This document shows, piece by piece, positions 17,301 to 18,565 of a stretch of DNA of 18,565 bases. The translations under genes and the position numbers were made by a program. Within the stretch, counting starts at the first letter, position 1, and the number at the start of each line of letters is the position of its first letter. Source of the DNA: Candidatus Asbonarchaeum danakilense (GTDB lineage Archaea; Nanohalarchaeota; Nanosalinia; Nanosalinales; Nanoanaerosalinaceae); NCBI GenBank assembly GCA_034190465.1, contig JAXINV010000003.1, positions 1 through 18,565 of the forward strand. Reading direction: 5' to 3'. Below the pieces are notes generated by a model. That model saw only the letters and a list, made by a program, of their open reading frames with translations. It ran no database searches and was not told the DNA's origin.

Positions 17301-17396
17301 GTTCCCCTCCGTCGACTCGCGGACCTTCCGCTTCACGTCGTTCTCCTTCCAGAACTCGGACACCTGCTGCTCAAGCTGCTGCGGATCATAGCTCAT
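14322..17396 (-). CDS. ileS: Isoleucine--tRNA ligase
   Basis: Motifs DGPPY..G.PHVGH (HIGH), GFDTHGLP, WTTTPWT, GTGLVH, YPHCWRC, DWCISRQNYWG, DVWFDSG, DQIRGWF and KMSKS. Start is ATG 17396 (MSYDP). Confidence 0.97.
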   Translation of the reverse strand: MSYDPQQLEQQVSEFWKENDVKRKVRESTEGNDPFFIIDGPPYLNGAPHVGHMQGKVMKDVMLRFKQMQGYDVWDQAGFDTHGLPNELATEEELGIENKNEIGDRISSDEFIKECKKRATSAQDLWKGVMGDLAIWQDFDDPYMTYDPDYIESEWWLVQQAEQQDLLYQALKPIHWCPRCQTSLSGYEVSDEYKEVTDTAIFVKLPLANRDESLLIWTTTPWTIPANMAVYVHPDFDYARVRVDGDVVIVADQLLDRVMEAAGYDEDDYEVLGSFPGVQLQGKKYEHPLADRVPRQAELDEADGVHRVHTSDELVTLEEGTGLVHAATGHGQEDYEVTRQIDLPVFSPVDAEGKYTDEAGEYAGAYVHDVNEAIVDDLDEAGVLFHSEAHPHEYPHCWRCKTKLVMRAAEQWFIRNDRVKRRMLEENRDVDWIPEHVRTRFRNFVEDSPDWCISRQNYWGVPVPIWVCDDCGDYEVVGSFDELEERNGGLPDGFDPHKHYVDDMTWDCDCGGTKERIPDILDVWFDSGCAPFASLHYPFEEEPLRSMWPMDFITEASDQIRGWFYSLLFCGILGFDEAPYDTILFQGHVLDAEGKKMSKSLGNVVDPVEQVEDYGADLPRFYSLRAAPPWEQTKYDEDEIEEEIYRLFSVFWNTKEFFETHGEDVECPSDGFEPEDRWVLSRVNSITDEAAELMDDCQFHEVTRTLEEFILEDLSRWYLKKVRDRVKDGDRAATWTLQEVLRKTNLLLAPLAPYITEQVYQDMGGEELSIHMEGYPDAEEVWIEEDLEESMELAREVVQQAVRIRDRREYNLRWPAKKLIVATDEKTEEELERLTGLIKDMANVKELEFGEVATSLVAEPEYSNLGPKFGGDAEEVAGIVEELEHDQVKRLQDTGEIVVDGYDLELEDVTIKSETKDSVGNRDFSRGQLYIDLHMTPAIEDEAFVSEVIRAVQQQRKEAELDVADSVPLAFAGDVEALQEYEALVRDRVNVTEITYGEANHENGGEVSFRDRSARFSFPDPGDA

Positions 17397-17531
17397 GAAG
17401 TATACACCGGACAGGCAAGGACTTGCCGGCGAAGGTTTAAGTGTGGTGCGGTGTCGCTTCCCCGTTCGACACCGACCGAACAGCACCACCCGGCTATAAA
17501 AACGCGGCCCGGGTATGGCAGACTGACAGCC

Positions 17532-18284
17532 ATGGAATACACCACCCGCATCGCGCTCGGCGGCCTCACCCTCATCGCCGCCTTCAGCTACCTCTTCCTC
17601 GCAACCGCAGGGCCAGTCACACCCGACACCGTCACCTTCTCAGACAGCTTCGAGGACGGCTTCGGCGAATGGGCGGGACAGGGCCAGTGGCAGACCGCGG
17701 CAGACGTCCCGACCGACGCCAACACCGGCCAGCCGGTCGAATGGAACATCACCACCACCCAGCGAGCCGCCCACAACGGCAACAAGAGCGTCGCATTCCT
17801 CATCGACGGGCTGCAGGACGACGGCACCATCTGGCTGCAGCGCGACCTGCAGCTCGAACCCGGCACGCGGTACAACATCTCCCTCTCCGTCAGCGCGCTG
17901 GCACCGGTCAACAGCTTCAACATCGTCAGCCACGTCGTCCTGTACACCGGCACCACACCGCCGAGCGGCGAGACCTCTTTCCCCGAGGCCGACACCGTCG
18001 ACCGCAGTGGAAGCAGCGGCGGCCTCAGGAGACCTTTGGCAGTCTACATGGAACAGGGGACGAACGACAGCATCACCCCAGGTAACGACAGCGACAACAG
18101 TATCGGTGGCAGCCCCTCCCTCCCCGACAGGCGATGGACAGCGTACAACGTCACCTGGCGGACACCGGAGCTGGACGACAGCACCGTCACCGTCGCGTTC
18201 GGCATCTCCTTGGTCTGGGAGACACGGATCGGCGTCATGATGGACGACCTCACGGTCACCGCGACCCCGATCACATCACGATGA
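17532..18284 (+). CDS. Secreted or N-anchored hypothetical protein with a carbohydrate-binding-like beta-sandwich
   Basis: ATG 17532 lies ~30 nt after TATAAAA. N-terminal hydrophobic segment, then FSDSFEDG..W, A..G..S, L.PG..Y and a terminal MDDL.V, typical of galactose-binding-like jelly-roll domains. Confidence 0.7.
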   Translation: MEYTTRIALGGLTLIAAFSYLFLATAGPVTPDTVTFSDSFEDGFGEWAGQGQWQTAADVPTDANTGQPVEWNITTTQRAAHNGNKSVAFLIDGLQDDGTIWLQRDLQLEPGTRYNISLSVSALAPVNSFNIVSHVVLYTGTTPPSGETSFPEADTVDRSGSSGGLRRPLAVYMEQGTNDSITPGNDSDNSIGGSPSLPDRRWTAYNVTWRTPELDDSTVTVAFGISLVWETRIGVMMDDLTVTATPITSR

Positions 18285-18565
18285 CCAGATAGGCGCCAGC
18301 CACCATCACCAGCGACGCCAGCGACCGCTGCAGCAGCCGCTCCTCGTGGAACAGCTCACCGCCGATCACCGTCGCCAGCAGCGTCGACAGCCGCTTGATC
18401 GGTACCACCAGCGACACCATCGCCATCGAGAACGCCTGCATCTGCAGCAGCCGGTACGACGTCGTCATCGCCGCCGCCAGCAGCACCCAGTACCACCTGT
18501 TCGTCGCCTCATCTACCACCGCACGCATCCGCTGCACCCCCGCTCCGTCGCTCCGGTACAGCATG
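18271..18565 (-). CDS. EamA/DMT family transporter (C-terminal part; 5' end outside the window)
   Basis: Hydrophobic helices with the DMT pattern A......VSLVVPIKRLS.L...IGG.LFHE...R.....MVAG. Confidence 0.8.
   Translation of the reverse strand, partial: MLYRSDGAGVQRMRAVVDEATNRWYWVLLAAAMTTSYRLLQMQAFSMAMVSLVVPIKRLSTLLATVIGGELFHEERLLQRSLASLVMVAGAYLVIVM

Noticed and set aside
1..18565. tRNA, rRNA, CRISPR array or IS element
   Set aside because: Intergenic gaps are all under ~140 bp, with no cloverleaf, spaced repeats or transposase motifs.

Overview
GC-rich, gene-dense chromosomal segment from a halophilic archaeon: the proteins are very Asp/Glu-rich, promoters are archaeal TATA/BRE type, and aMBF1, S17e, Nop5 and fibrillarin are present. 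The S17e N-terminus (MGRVRPTYIKR) and the compact layout fit a nanohaloarchaeon/DPANN lineage better than Halobacteria, but this is inference. Gene order: partial GNAT(-), aMBF1(-), two small hypotheticals, THUMP-less ThiI(-), a 1154-aa Ig-repeat surface glycoprotein(+), rps17e(-), then a + strand run nop5 / nucleotidyltransferase-fold ORF / fibrillarin / PHP-domain protein / nadM. This converges on a - strand run ileS / ybaK / DHH-DHHA1 / pncB / pncA / nadE. A secreted beta-sandwich protein(+) and a partial EamA transporter(-) close the window. Highlights: (1) an uncharacterised Pol-beta-fold NTase gene translationally coupled between nop5 and fibrillarin; (2) a complete four-step nicotinamide-to-NAD salvage pathway flanked by PHP and DHH phosphoesterases; (3) a catalytic-domain-only ThiI with CxxS instead of CxxC; (4) a near-identical 25-bp promoter shared by two distant genes; (5) strong strand-specific codon bias. 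No tRNA, rRNA, CRISPR or mobile element was seen.
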